DNA of 64,000 nucleotides from a bacterium (GCA_963674595.2 CAXXFV010000008.1:1-64000); one strand, 5' to 3'; positions 1 through 10,549 are shown, counted from the stretch's first letter. Made by a program: numbers and translations. Notes: generated by a model not told the origin, from the sequence alone.

Positions 1-678
1 AAAAAGATTTTAAATAATGAACGTTTTCAGGAAAATAAAGATTCTGCAGAATATCAAACAATTCTTGTCGACCTTGATCCTTCATTGGACGAACTGAGAA
101 AAAGAATGAAGAAAAGCTGGCGCAGGACTTTGAAAAAGTCGGAGTCATTTGACTTTACTATTCATGAAGGGACAAAACAGGAACTTTATAAACAATTTAA
201 AACCATTTATAATGAAATGTGGCAATTAAAGCGTTTTGAACAGAATGTAGATATTAATCAGTTTGAAATGATGCAGAATGATTTTTACGAATGTGAAAAA
301 ATGCATATTATTGTTTGCCATTACCAGGGACGTCCTGTATCGGCGTCTATTTTATCTGTTATGGGTGATACCGCAATTGGTTTGCTGGCCGCAACAGGTC
401 ATGAGGGAAGAGATTTGAATGTTTCCTATTTTATGGAGTGGCATACATTAAAATGGCTAAAGCAGCAAAATGTAAAATGGTATGATTTGCACGGTATTGA
501 TCCTGAAAAAAATATCGGTACCTATCGTTTTAAGGCTGGTTTAGGCGGCAAGGAAGTAAAATTTATTAGTCAATACGAATTTAGTAGTAAATGGCATAAT
601 CAATTTATCGTTGGGTTTGGAGAAAATGTCCATAAAGCATTGAAAAGATCAAAATTTTTATTTGCAAGTTTATTTTAA
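1..678 (+). CDS. FemAB/FemX-like GNAT-fold aminoacyltransferase, 5'-truncated by window edge
   Basis: Frame open from base 1; motifs 'WRRTLKK', 'WYDLHGID...GTYRFKAGLGG'; paralog of next two ORFs. Confidence 0.8.
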   Translation, partial: KKILNNERFQENKDSAEYQTILVDLDPSLDELRKRMKKSWRRTLKKSESFDFTIHEGTKQELYKQFKTIYNEMWQLKRFEQNVDINQFEMMQNDFYECEKMHIIVCHYQGRPVSASILSVMGDTAIGLLAATGHEGRDLNVSYFMEWHTLKWLKQQNVKWYDLHGIDPEKNIGTYRFKAGLGGKEVKFISQYEFSSKWHNQFIVGFGENVHKALKRSKFLFASLF

Positions 679-705
679 CTAATAATTCCCCAGAGGAGGC
701 ATTAA

Positions 706-1791
706 ATGCCCGAATTTAGCGCGTTGGTCGATTTGATCGATAAACAGGGGTGGGAAGAATTAATTAATGTCTTTAAAGATTTAACAATTTTCCAAACCTG
801 GAGTTATGGCGCCATCCGATGGGGTGAAGAACAATTGAGCCATTTGATTTTGAAAAAAGACAATGTCATTATTGCCGCTGCCCAGTTGAGAATTATCAAA
901 TTACCGTTTTTAAACAAAGGTATTGCCTATTTGCCTTGGGGACCTTTGTGGCATACTGACAATGGCAATAACGAAGAGAATTTAAAACAAATGTTAATAG
1001 CTTTAAAACAAGAATATGTTGTAAAACGAAAACTCTATTTACGGATTTTACCTCATGATATTAAAGTTGAAAATTCAAAACTTGAGGATATTTATAAATC
1101 TGTGGGTTTTAGATGGAGCAAATCGCCCTATAACACAATTATTCTGGACTTGCGCTCTACATTGGATGAAATAAAAAACAATTTTACCCGAAGCTGGAGA
1201 AAAGCGTTAAATTCATCTTTGAAAAAAAACATAAGCTATATTCAGGGTTCATCTCAAGAGATTTTTGATCAGTTTCATGATTTGTATAATGACATGTTGT
1301 ATCGGAAAAAGTTTGTTCCCGGAGTTAGCGTTCAGGATTTTATGTCGTTACAACAACAGCTACCGGAACATCTTAAAATGCAGTGTATAATTTTTAAACA
1401 TGAAGGCATGCCGGTTAGTGGCATTATCGGTTCTTGTTTGGGATTTCGTGGAATGGGGTTGTTGGCGGCTGCCGGGAGTGAGGGATTAAAGTTGAGGCTG
1501 AATGCTTCAAATTTACTTCATTGGACGTGGTTGCAGTTGCTAAAGGGCAAGGGTGCTGATTTTTATGATTTAAACGGCATTGATGAGAAGAAAAATCCAA
1601 AAGGATACTTTTTTAAAAAAGGAATGGGCGGCCAGGAAGTAACTCATATTGGTCGATTTGATTTATATAATTCCTTTTCAAGTTTGTTGGTTGTTAAATG
1701 CAGCGATTGGTTAAGAGAATTATTAAAAGCATTTAACTATGTTAAAGTACACAGCACGTTTTTGTTTAAAAAAAATAGTTCTAATGAATAG
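706..1791 (+). CDS. FemAB/FemX-like GNAT-fold aminoacyltransferase
   Basis: RBS GAGGAGG; 'IFQTWSYG', 'YLPWGP', 'YDLNGID...FKKGMGG'. Confidence 0.85.
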   Translation: MPEFSALVDLIDKQGWEELINVFKDLTIFQTWSYGAIRWGEEQLSHLILKKDNVIIAAAQLRIIKLPFLNKGIAYLPWGPLWHTDNGNNEENLKQMLIALKQEYVVKRKLYLRILPHDIKVENSKLEDIYKSVGFRWSKSPYNTIILDLRSTLDEIKNNFTRSWRKALNSSLKKNISYIQGSSQEIFDQFHDLYNDMLYRKKFVPGVSVQDFMSLQQQLPEHLKMQCIIFKHEGMPVSGIIGSCLGFRGMGLLAAAGSEGLKLRLNASNLLHWTWLQLLKGKGADFYDLNGIDEKKNPKGYFFKKGMGGQEVTHIGRFDLYNSFSSLLVVKCSDWLRELLKAFNYVKVHSTFLFKKNSSNE

Positions 1792-1800
1792 ACGGTTAAA

Positions 1801-2880
1801 ATGAATTCATTTAATGCTGAAATAGACAAAATGACGCCCGAACAATGGTCAGAGGTTGTATCGTCTATGTCTGATGCATCAATTTATCAAACATGGAATT
1901 ATGGTGCAGTACGTTGGGGTGATCAAAATTTAAGTCATGTTGTTTTATTGAAAAATAATAAAATTTGCTCTGCTGTACAGATTAGAATTATTCGAATTCC
2001 GTTCTTGAATAAAGGAATCGCTTATATAACACGCGGCCCGATGTGGAATCCTAAAGATTCCAGACCGAATTTTGACTATTTTAAGCAAATGATTTTAGCA
2101 CTTGAAAATGAATATGTTAGCAACCGGAAAATGTGTTTATATATTAAACCAAATATATTTACAAATGATGATAAAGAGATATTTTCATTTTTTAACGACC
2201 GTAAATTTGGTTTCAAACAAGATAACTATCAAACAATTATGCTGGACCTGAAAGATGATATCAATACTATTAGAAAAAATTTTCGACAAAAATGGCGCAA
2301 TCAATTAAATCGTGCTGAAAAAAATGGATTAGAGATAGTAGAAGGTACAGATGATTCGTTATTTGATATTTTTTTCAAATTATATAATGAGATGTTGGAT
2401 CGGAAAGGATTTGTACCAGGTCTTGATGCAATGGAATTTGAACATATTCAGAGAGAATTACCCTCCAGCCAAAAAATGTATATTTTAGTTTGTTATTACA
2501 ACGGAAAGCCAATTTCTGCCCAAATTAATTCATTAATTGGAGATACGGTCGTTTATCTTCTTGGAGCTACAGGTGATATAGGGCTGACTTTAAAAGGAGC
2601 TTATTTACTACAATGGAAAACAATACAATGGGCAAAAAATTCAGGTGCAAGGTGGTATGATTTGGGTGGTATTGACCCTGTCAACAATCCTGGTGTATAT
2701 CATTTTAAAAAGGGATTCGGTGGTATGGAAAAAATGATAATAGGCCGTTTTGACCTTTCTCCTGATATTATAAGCAGATTAATGGTAACTGGTATTGATC
2801 ATTCTTTTAAAACTAGATTACAGATTAATAAAAATATTGTGAAATTTATCAAGAAAAAAGCTGTATCGAGTGTAAACTAG
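1801..2880 (+). CDS. FemAB/FemX-like GNAT-fold aminoacyltransferase
   Basis: 'IYQTWNYG', 'YITRGP', 'KWRNQLNRAEK', 'YDLGGID...HFKKGFGG'. Confidence 0.85.
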   Translation: MNSFNAEIDKMTPEQWSEVVSSMSDASIYQTWNYGAVRWGDQNLSHVVLLKNNKICSAVQIRIIRIPFLNKGIAYITRGPMWNPKDSRPNFDYFKQMILALENEYVSNRKMCLYIKPNIFTNDDKEIFSFFNDRKFGFKQDNYQTIMLDLKDDINTIRKNFRQKWRNQLNRAEKNGLEIVEGTDDSLFDIFFKLYNEMLDRKGFVPGLDAMEFEHIQRELPSSQKMYILVCYYNGKPISAQINSLIGDTVVYLLGATGDIGLTLKGAYLLQWKTIQWAKNSGARWYDLGGIDPVNNPGVYHFKKGFGGMEKMIIGRFDLSPDIISRLMVTGIDHSFKTRLQINKNIVKFIKKKAVSSVN

Positions 2881-2910
2881 AGTTGTTTTAATAAAAGAAA
2901 GAAGTTGATT

Positions 2911-4794
2911 ATGTGTGGAATTGTTGGGATAATTAATCGTTCTTCTCAAAAACCGGAAATGGCGGTTTTAACTGCTATGGCAGAAAAACTCGCACATCGT
3001 GGACCTGATGATGAGGGGTATTTCCTGAACGGCTCTGTAGGATTTTACCATAAACGGCTTTCAATTATTGATTTGGAACATGGCAAACAACCCATGTATG
3101 ATAACGATAATGTGATCGTTTTTAACGGTGAGATTTATAATTACATCGAATTACGATATCAACTGAAACAACGTGGTCATTCTTTTCAAACAACATCTGA
3201 TACAGAAGTCATTTTAAAAATGTATCTGGAATATGGCGTGTCTTTTATTGATAAACTAAACGGCATGTTTGCTTTTTTAATTTACGATAGGAAAAAACAT
3301 CAGATTATTGCCGCAAGAGACCATTTTGGTATCAAACCTTTATATTACCATTTTAATAAAGAGTGTTTTCTTTTTGCCTCAGAAATTAAAGCCTTATTGC
3401 AGCATCCATCTGTTAGTGCACAGGTTAATTATGATAGTGTGCAGGATTATATTACATTTCAATATGTGCTGGGTGAAAATACACTTTTTAAAAATATTAA
3501 CAAACTCCTTCCCGGACATTATCAGGTTATTGATCTGGAATCCCAAAAGGTAGAAACGGTATGTTATTGGGAGCCGCGTTTTGGAATCGATATTTCTCAC
3601 ACGGAAAATTATTTTACATGTAAAATAAAAGAACTGCTGGATGATACGATAAAAATACAAATGCGCAGTGATGTGCCGGTAGGTGCCTATTTAAGCGGCG
3701 GAATTGATTCAAGTGTTGTAACAACATTGGCAAGTAAATATGGAAACGGCACATTTAAAACTTTTACAGGCGGTTTTCATGAAGGCGCTGAGTTTAACGA
3801 GGTTGAATATGCCAAACAAGTTGCTGGAACCTGTCAGGCTGAGGTTTATGAGGTTTATCCAACAGTAAAAGATTTTGTGAATTTGATGCCGAAATTGATC
3901 TATCATATGGACGAGCCGGTTGCCGGTCCCGGACTGTTTCCGCAATATATGGTATCTGAAAAAGCCTCTTCGTTGGTTAAAGTTGTTTTAGGCGGACAGG
4001 GTGGTGATGAAATTTTTGGCGGTTATGCCAGATATGTGATTGCCTATCTGGAACAGGCTATAAAAGGCGCTATTTTTGAATCCAATGAAGAAGGCGAACA
4101 TATTGTTTCTTTGCAGTCTATTTTACCTAATTTGTCCTATTTAAAAAGTTATATCCCCATGATGCAATACTTTATGCAGGATAATGCGTTTGAAGCTATG
4201 GACCTTCGTTATTTTCGGCTGGTGGACCGGGGCAATTCGACAATGCATTTCTACCATCAGGATTTTATAAAAAAGTTTGACGATCAGGCGATTTTTTCCC
4301 GTTTTCAAAAGGTTTTTAATCATCCGGATACTTTATCATATTTTAATAAGATGATTCATTACGACATGGTTTGCAGTCTGCCGGCATTATTGCAGGTGGA
4401 AGACAGAGTGAGTATGGCGGTTTCTTTAGAGTCACGAGTACCATTATTGGACAGAAGAATTGTTGACCTGGTTACGTCCATGCCGCCGGGAATGAAATTT
4501 AAAGGCGCTGAAATGAAATATATTTTCAAACGGGCCATTAAAAATATAATTCCGGACACAATATTAAACAGGAAGGACAAAATGGGATTTCCCGTTCCAT
4601 TACATATTTGGGCGAAAAACGGCGGCGGCAGTTTTATTCGCGACGTTTTGTTATCAAAAAAAGCCCGTGAAAGAGGTATAATAAATGGACAAGAAGTTGA
4701 AAAGCTCATAAAATCAGAACGTTCTTTTGGACGCCAGTTATGGGGTTTGCTCTGTCTGGAGTTGTGGTTTAATCAATTTATTGACGTGAATTAG
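2911..4794 (+). CDS. asnB: Asparagine synthase (glutamine-hydrolysing) family amidotransferase
   Basis: N-terminal MCGIVG (Ntn Cys), HRGPD, RLSIIDL, FNGEIYN, LSGGIDSS, GQGGDEIFGGY, KMGFPVP. Confidence 0.93.
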   Translation: MCGIVGIINRSSQKPEMAVLTAMAEKLAHRGPDDEGYFLNGSVGFYHKRLSIIDLEHGKQPMYDNDNVIVFNGEIYNYIELRYQLKQRGHSFQTTSDTEVILKMYLEYGVSFIDKLNGMFAFLIYDRKKHQIIAARDHFGIKPLYYHFNKECFLFASEIKALLQHPSVSAQVNYDSVQDYITFQYVLGENTLFKNINKLLPGHYQVIDLESQKVETVCYWEPRFGIDISHTENYFTCKIKELLDDTIKIQMRSDVPVGAYLSGGIDSSVVTTLASKYGNGTFKTFTGGFHEGAEFNEVEYAKQVAGTCQAEVYEVYPTVKDFVNLMPKLIYHMDEPVAGPGLFPQYMVSEKASSLVKVVLGGQGGDEIFGGYARYVIAYLEQAIKGAIFESNEEGEHIVSLQSILPNLSYLKSYIPMMQYFMQDNAFEAMDLRYFRLVDRGNSTMHFYHQDFIKKFDDQAIFSRFQKVFNHPDTLSYFNKMIHYDMVCSLPALLQVEDRVSMAVSLESRVPLLDRRIVDLVTSMPPGMKFKGAEMKYIFKRAIKNIIPDTILNRKDKMGFPVPLHIWAKNGGGSFIRDVLLSKKARERGIINGQEVEKLIKSERSFGRQLWGLLCLELWFNQFIDVN

Positions 4795-4803
4795 GAGGGA
4801 TTT

Positions 4804-6549
4804 TTGAATTCTGAACAGAAAAATTTTTTAGAATCGTGGAAAGTTGAAAAAATCGGTGTCATCGGACCCGGAATCGTAGGCATGCCCATGGCAGCCATGC
4901 TGGCTCATTCACAAATTAAAATCGGTACTAATGAACCGGCCAGGGTTGTTGTTGTACAGCGAAATTCCAAAACATCGGGTTGGAAAGTTGACTCGATCAA
5001 TAAAGGAAAATCTGTGATTGGCGGCATTGAGCCTGAATTGGATAATATCGTTGAAAATGCTGTTAAAATGGGACTGCTTTCTGCCAGTTATAACTCTGAA
5101 GAGTTGTCGGATGCTGATGTTATTTTGGTTTGTGTGCAAACAGATAAAAAGGGAATAGGCCCGGATTATGGTCCTCTTTTTCAGGCATTGGAAAACCTGG
5201 CGCAGACTTTGACCCAAAAACCTGCTGATAAAACACCATTGGTTATTTTTGAATCTACATTGGCCCCTTCATCAATGCATACTGTTATTCGCCAACATTT
5301 TGAAAAATTCGGCCTTTATGAAGGGAAAAACATTTTGCTGGGTAACAGCCCAAACCGGGTTATGCCGGGTCGTTTGGTTGAAAGAGTTTCAACGTCCGAT
5401 AAAATTGTGGCAGGTATGGATCCGCGAACTCCGCAATTGATTAAAAAATTATATGAAAATATTGTTACCAAAGGGACGCTTTATCCCACCAATAGTTTGA
5501 CGGCAGAAGTAGTAAAAACCCTGGAAAATGCCTATCGTGATGTACGTATTGCTTTTTCATCGGAAATCGTACGTTATTGTGATGAACAGGACCTGGATTA
5601 TTATCAACTACGTGATCAGGTCAATGAACGGTTATCGCAAAAGGATGATGCTTCTCACGATCCGAATGCCGTGCCCAGTGGTGGTTTGCTGGTGCCTACG
5701 CTTGGTGTCGGCGGTCATTGTCTTCCCAAAGACGGCATCCTTTTGTGGTGGAGAATGAAAGAACAGAATTATAATACTGCTGATAGTTTAATTTGGAAAG
5801 CCCGCGAAATTAATGATAACTCTCCGGCCGAAACGATCAAACTGGCTGAACGGCACTATGGATCATTGGACGGTTTGTCTGTAACCTTGTTTGGTGCGGC
5901 ATATCGGTTCAACTCTGAAGATACCAGAAATGCTCCGACACTTGCCCTGGCAAAACGGCTGCTGGATAAGGGCTGTTCTGTGGTCATTCATGATCCCTAT
6001 GTTAAGCCGGACGATCAAAATTTATTAAAATTTGGATTAACGGACTATTTTACAAATGATGTAAATCAGGCTTTGGAAAACGCACAGGTTGCCTTTTTCT
6101 GCACGGGTCATCGTGAATATTATGAATTTGCCGGAAAATTGAAAACATTAAATAATTGTTCATGTGTTGTGGATGCCTGCAATTTGTTCCGTCATGCTGA
6201 TTTTGAACCTGGTTCGATAACCTATTGCGGTATCGGTCGCGGTCAAAAAGATGTTGATGCAGATTTTAGCGATTTTGTTTATAATGGTTTTCAAAACATG
6301 GAAAAAGGTTTTGCTCTGGAACTGCAGCAGCTGGTCCGGTTTTTAAATTTAAATTATGCTGAGAATGATTTTCAAAAAATTGATTTCAAGGTTGTACAGG
6401 AACTGGCAGCAAGTTGTTCAACCGGTTGTGAAATAGTTGATCCTGACCCGGTCAGTTATCTGGAAACGTTCCACGGATTCAAACCAGTGCTGGCTGTCTG
6501 TTCGGAAAAAATTGCTGAAATTAGTATGGAAACTGAAAAACAGGTGTAA
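4804..6549 (+). CDS. Nucleotide-sugar dehydrogenase (UDP-glucose/GDP-mannose dehydrogenase family) with C-terminal extension
   Basis: GPGIVG Rossmann motif, FESTLAP, AEVVKTLENAYRDV, GVGGHCLPKD catalytic Cys; TTG start after AGGAGG. Confidence 0.88.
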   Translation: MNSEQKNFLESWKVEKIGVIGPGIVGMPMAAMLAHSQIKIGTNEPARVVVVQRNSKTSGWKVDSINKGKSVIGGIEPELDNIVENAVKMGLLSASYNSEELSDADVILVCVQTDKKGIGPDYGPLFQALENLAQTLTQKPADKTPLVIFESTLAPSSMHTVIRQHFEKFGLYEGKNILLGNSPNRVMPGRLVERVSTSDKIVAGMDPRTPQLIKKLYENIVTKGTLYPTNSLTAEVVKTLENAYRDVRIAFSSEIVRYCDEQDLDYYQLRDQVNERLSQKDDASHDPNAVPSGGLLVPTLGVGGHCLPKDGILLWWRMKEQNYNTADSLIWKAREINDNSPAETIKLAERHYGSLDGLSVTLFGAAYRFNSEDTRNAPTLALAKRLLDKGCSVVIHDPYVKPDDQNLLKFGLTDYFTNDVNQALENAQVAFFCTGHREYYEFAGKLKTLNNCSCVVDACNLFRHADFEPGSITYCGIGRGQKDVDADFSDFVYNGFQNMEKGFALELQQLVRFLNLNYAENDFQKIDFKVVQELAASCSTGCEIVDPDPVSYLETFHGFKPVLAVCSEKIAEISMETEKQV

Positions 6550-6552
6550 TGA

Positions 6553-7866
6553 ATGACGCAACAAAATAATAAATATGCCGTTGTTGGTGGAGGAATGCTT
6601 GGTTTGACCGTTGCCTGGCGACTTGCTCAACAGGGCTGTCAGGTGACTGTTTTCGAATCGGCTGGTGATATAGGTGGTTTGGCAAGCTCCTGGCAAATAG
6701 ACGATTTAACATGGGACAAGTTTTATCATGTTATTTTAATGTCCGATTCCCATTTTCGTCGCCTGTTAAAAGAAATTGACCTGGATGACAACATTAACTG
6801 GGTTGAAACCAAAACCGGTTTTTATACCAATGGTCAGTTATATTCCATGTCCAACTCGATTGAATTTTTAAAATTTCCGCCGCTAAGTTTGATTGATAAA
6901 TTCAGACTTGGCGCCACAATTTTCTACGCTTCACGAATAAAAAATTGGAAAAAGTTGGAACAGCAATATGTTGCAAACTGGCTAAAAAAATGGTCCGGAA
7001 GAAATACCTTTGAAAAAATGTGGCTGCCGTTGTTACGTGCAAAGCTGGGTGAAAATTATAAAGAAACATCAGCGGCGTTTATTTGGGCGACCATTGCACG
7101 CATGTATGCGGCACGACGCTCCGGCCTGAAAAAAGAAATGTTTGGCTATGTGCCCGGCGGTTATGCCGTTATTCTCGAAATGCTTAAGAATAAACTGCAA
7201 GAAGCCGGCGTTAATATTCTTTATGATCACAAGTTGACAAATCTTCAAAAAAATGACAAAAATTTTACGTTGAGTTTTGAAAATCAAAGCGAATATATCG
7301 CTGACAAAACGATCCTGACAATACCGTCAACCCATGTGGAAAAATTGAATGTATCTTTATCACCTGACGAATTGACAAAACATAAACAAATAAAATATCT
7401 TGGTGTCGTCTGTGCTTCGTTTTTATTAAAAAAACCAATTTCACCCTATTATGTCACCAATATCACCGATGATAATACTCCCTTTACCGGTATTATTGAA
7501 ATGTCCGCACTTGTAAATAAAGAACATTTAAAGGGACACAATTTGGTTTATCTGCCAAAATATGTTTCAGTTGATGATCCTGTTTGGCAGCAAAGTGATG
7601 AGTTTATTTTAGATTATTTCAAAGAGTCTTTATTAAAAATGTACCCGCATCTGAAAAATGAGGATATTTCAACGGGCAAAATTGCAAGGGCCAAGCAGGT
7701 GTTTGCATTGTCCACGATAAATTATTCTCAAAATGTACCGCCATCAGCAACGTCTGTGCCTGGTTTGTTTATTGTTAATTCGGCGCATATTGTTAATGGT
7801 ACACTGAATGTAAACGAAACTGTTCATTTGGCTGAAAAAACCGTTCATAAAATTTTAGAGAGTTAA
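6553..7866 (+). CDS. FAD-dependent oxidoreductase (amine oxidase/protoporphyrinogen oxidase-like)
   Basis: VVGGGMLGL...VFE...GGLA FAD motif, 'DKFYH'. Confidence 0.8.
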   Translation: MTQQNNKYAVVGGGMLGLTVAWRLAQQGCQVTVFESAGDIGGLASSWQIDDLTWDKFYHVILMSDSHFRRLLKEIDLDDNINWVETKTGFYTNGQLYSMSNSIEFLKFPPLSLIDKFRLGATIFYASRIKNWKKLEQQYVANWLKKWSGRNTFEKMWLPLLRAKLGENYKETSAAFIWATIARMYAARRSGLKKEMFGYVPGGYAVILEMLKNKLQEAGVNILYDHKLTNLQKNDKNFTLSFENQSEYIADKTILTIPSTHVEKLNVSLSPDELTKHKQIKYLGVVCASFLLKKPISPYYVTNITDDNTPFTGIIEMSALVNKEHLKGHNLVYLPKYVSVDDPVWQQSDEFILDYFKESLLKMYPHLKNEDISTGKIARAKQVFALSTINYSQNVPPSATSVPGLFIVNSAHIVNGTLNVNETVHLAEKTVHKILES

Positions 7867-7867
7867 G

Positions 7868-8845
7868 ATGGAAATATCGGCAAATAATAAACCTTTGGCC
7901 GGCTTGTCGTTAGACCTGGACAATTTATGGTCTTATATGAAAACCCACGGTGATCCCGGTTGGGAAGAACTACCGTCCTATTTTGATGTTTTGGCGCCTG
8001 TTGTTTTGGAACAACTGGAAAAACGAGAACTTTTAATTACTTTTTTTGTTGTCGGGCAGGACGCTGTTCTTGAAAAAAACAAACAAGCGTTAAAGAGTCT
8101 TTTTGAGGCCGGGCACGAATTCGGTAATCATTCTTTTTATCATGAACCGTGGCTGCATTTGTATCCGATTGACAAGATAAGGGCCGAGCTTGAAAACACG
8201 GAAAATGCGCTGACAGATATTACCGGAGTAAAACCGGTTGGCTTTCGTGGCCCGGGATTTAGCTGGAGCAATGACCTGATTCAGGTTTTGCATGAACGAA
8301 ATTATTTATATGATGCCTCAAGTCTGCCGACGTTTTTAGGACCTATTGCCAGGGCTTATTATTTGAAAAAGTCCAATTTTTCAAAAGAAGAAAAGGAAAA
8401 ACGGTCCAAATTGTTTGGAACGTTTAAAGACGGCTTGCGTCCGGTTTCTGCCTATTGGCTGAATTTAAACCAAACCGATAAACTGTTGGAAATACCGGTT
8501 ACAACAATGCCTGTTTTTAAGGTGCCTTTTCATCTCAGTTATCTAATTTACCTGTGCAACTATTCTGAAATGCTTATGAAGCTTTATTTAAATTTTGTTT
8601 TGATGTTGTGCCGTCTTACAAAAACAAGACCAAGTTTTTTACTACACCCGCTTGATTTTTTAGGCGGAGATAAAGTGCCCCAGTTGTCCTTTTTCCCCGG
8701 AATGAATATGACGACTGAAAGGAAAATCAGTATTTTTCACAAGGTTATGGATAAATTACAAAAACAGTATTGTCTAGTAAATATGAGCACATTTGCAAAC
8801 CAATATCAACCTGGTGTTTTAAACAAATCTGTGGATTTGTTTTAG
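7868..8845 (+). CDS. Polysaccharide deacetylase (CE4/NodB fold)
   Basis: SLDLD, TFFVVG, HEFGNHSFYH, GFRGPGF, YDAS, EIPVT, LHPLD. Confidence 0.88.
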   Translation: MEISANNKPLAGLSLDLDNLWSYMKTHGDPGWEELPSYFDVLAPVVLEQLEKRELLITFFVVGQDAVLEKNKQALKSLFEAGHEFGNHSFYHEPWLHLYPIDKIRAELENTENALTDITGVKPVGFRGPGFSWSNDLIQVLHERNYLYDASSLPTFLGPIARAYYLKKSNFSKEEKEKRSKLFGTFKDGLRPVSAYWLNLNQTDKLLEIPVTTMPVFKVPFHLSYLIYLCNYSEMLMKLYLNFVLMLCRLTKTRPSFLLHPLDFLGGDKVPQLSFFPGMNMTTERKISIFHKVMDKLQKQYCLVNMSTFANQYQPGVLNKSVDLF

Positions 8846-8854
8846 GAGTTAAAA

Positions 8855-10549
8855 ATGATAAACACAAAACAAACACATATCGCCACTGTTTTATTGCATG
8901 ATTATTTTCATCGCGGTGTCTTTCATGATGTTATCAGCAACAAACAATGGAACCGTTTGGAAAGTCGTTTGGAAAAAAATGTGGATGATGTTTTGAGATT
9001 GTTTTCTCAATACCATGTCACAGCTACATTTTTCGCTCTTGGCTGGCTGGCCGAAAAAAAACCGGAGTTGATCAAACGAATTGTTGATCAGGGTCATGAA
9101 ATAGCAAGCGCCGGTTATTCCGTTAAAAGTGTGCGGGATATGACCCCGGAAGAGTTTAAGGCTGATTTACGCCATGCGCAGGAAGCGCTGGAAGCAGCCG
9201 GAGCAAATCATATTTTGGGTTATCGATGTGCTTATAAATGGTTTTCTAAAAAGGACGAATGGGCGTTGGACCTCCTCGCCAAAGAGGGATATATTTATGA
9301 CGCCAGCTACAGACCGCAATTATGGTCCATACGACCTAAAGATAAAGATCGCTGTTTATATCAATGCGGTGACGAACAAAAAATTTGGGAATTGCCGGTT
9401 TCCACAACCCGGCTTTTAGGTGCCAATTTACCCATTTCCGGCGGCAGTTATTTCAGGCATTTTTCACATGAATTCATGTTCCGTCAGTTTATAAAGTGGC
9501 AGGAAAAAAACGATTCACCGTTTATCCTCTATTTCCATCCATGGGAATTGGATGATGAACAACCCCGTATAAATGCTGTCAGTTCTTTGGCGCGTTTTAA
9601 ACAATACCGGAATTTGGGAGAAATGGCCAATTTTCTGCCCCGATATTTTGAGTCCGGTGTATTTACCAGTGCTGCTCAATATTTTGATCATCCATTGACT
9701 TTTCCAAAAATTTTGTCGGAACAAAAAACTGAAGGAGCAAAATTACATGTTTCATCTGCCCAAAAGAAAAAAGTCTCTTTGGTTGTACCATGTTTTAATG
9801 AAGAATCTTCTTTGGTTTATTTGGCAAATTCTTTAAAGGAGTTGGAAGAGGACAAACGAAACAAGTACAAATTTCAATTTATTTTTGTTGATGATTGCAG
9901 CACAGATAATACATTGAGTTTGCTTAATAAACAATACGGTCAACGTTCAGATTGTCGGGTCATCAAACATGAAACCAATCAGGGTGTTGCCGCAGCGATA
10001 CAAACGGGCATCCGTGCTGCTGATTATGATATTATTTGTTCAATTGATGCCGATTGTACTTATGATCCATTGTTATTGCTTGATATGATTCCAATGCTGG
10101 AAAGTAATGTCGATATGGTGGTTGCCTCTCCTTACCATAAGGACGGCAAGGTGCTGAATGTACCATCTTGGCGATTGTTTTTGTCCAAGTCTTTGTCCAA
10201 TCTTTATCACCTTATTTTAAACAACAAACTGGCAACCTATACCGCCTGTTTCCGTGTTTACCGAAGAGAGTCTGTTATTAATATTGATATTGATCATAGT
10301 AATTTTATTGGTGTTATAGAATTGCTGGCAAAACTGGATATCAAACGTGGGCGCATTTTGGAATTTCCGACTGTTTTACAAAGCCGACTATTGGGTTATT
10401 CTAAAATGAAAGTTATAAGTACCATTTTTGGTCATTTTAAACTACTCCTGTCTATGATGAAGTATCGAAAAAAAGTACGGGGTTCATTTTTTAGTTTAAA
10501 AAGCATAAAGACAGTGTTTGCTTCTTTTAATCTCCCTGTTTCGTTCTAG
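8855..10549 (+). CDS. Fusion: DUF3473-type polysaccharide deacetylase + GT2 glycosyltransferase
   Basis: N-half ATFFALGW, HEIAS, GGSYFR, YFHPWELD; C-half VVPCFNEE, VDDCSTD, IDADCTY. Confidence 0.85.
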   Translation: MINTKQTHIATVLLHDYFHRGVFHDVISNKQWNRLESRLEKNVDDVLRLFSQYHVTATFFALGWLAEKKPELIKRIVDQGHEIASAGYSVKSVRDMTPEEFKADLRHAQEALEAAGANHILGYRCAYKWFSKKDEWALDLLAKEGYIYDASYRPQLWSIRPKDKDRCLYQCGDEQKIWELPVSTTRLLGANLPISGGSYFRHFSHEFMFRQFIKWQEKNDSPFILYFHPWELDDEQPRINAVSSLARFKQYRNLGEMANFLPRYFESGVFTSAAQYFDHPLTFPKILSEQKTEGAKLHVSSAQKKKVSLVVPCFNEESSLVYLANSLKELEEDKRNKYKFQFIFVDDCSTDNTLSLLNKQYGQRSDCRVIKHETNQGVAAAIQTGIRAADYDIICSIDADCTYDPLLLLDMIPMLESNVDMVVASPYHKDGKVLNVPSWRLFLSKSLSNLYHLILNNKLATYTACFRVYRRESVINIDIDHSNFIGVIELLAKLDIKRGRILEFPTVLQSRLLGYSKMKVISTIFGHFKLLLSMMKYRKKVRGSFFSLKSIKTVFASFNLPVSF

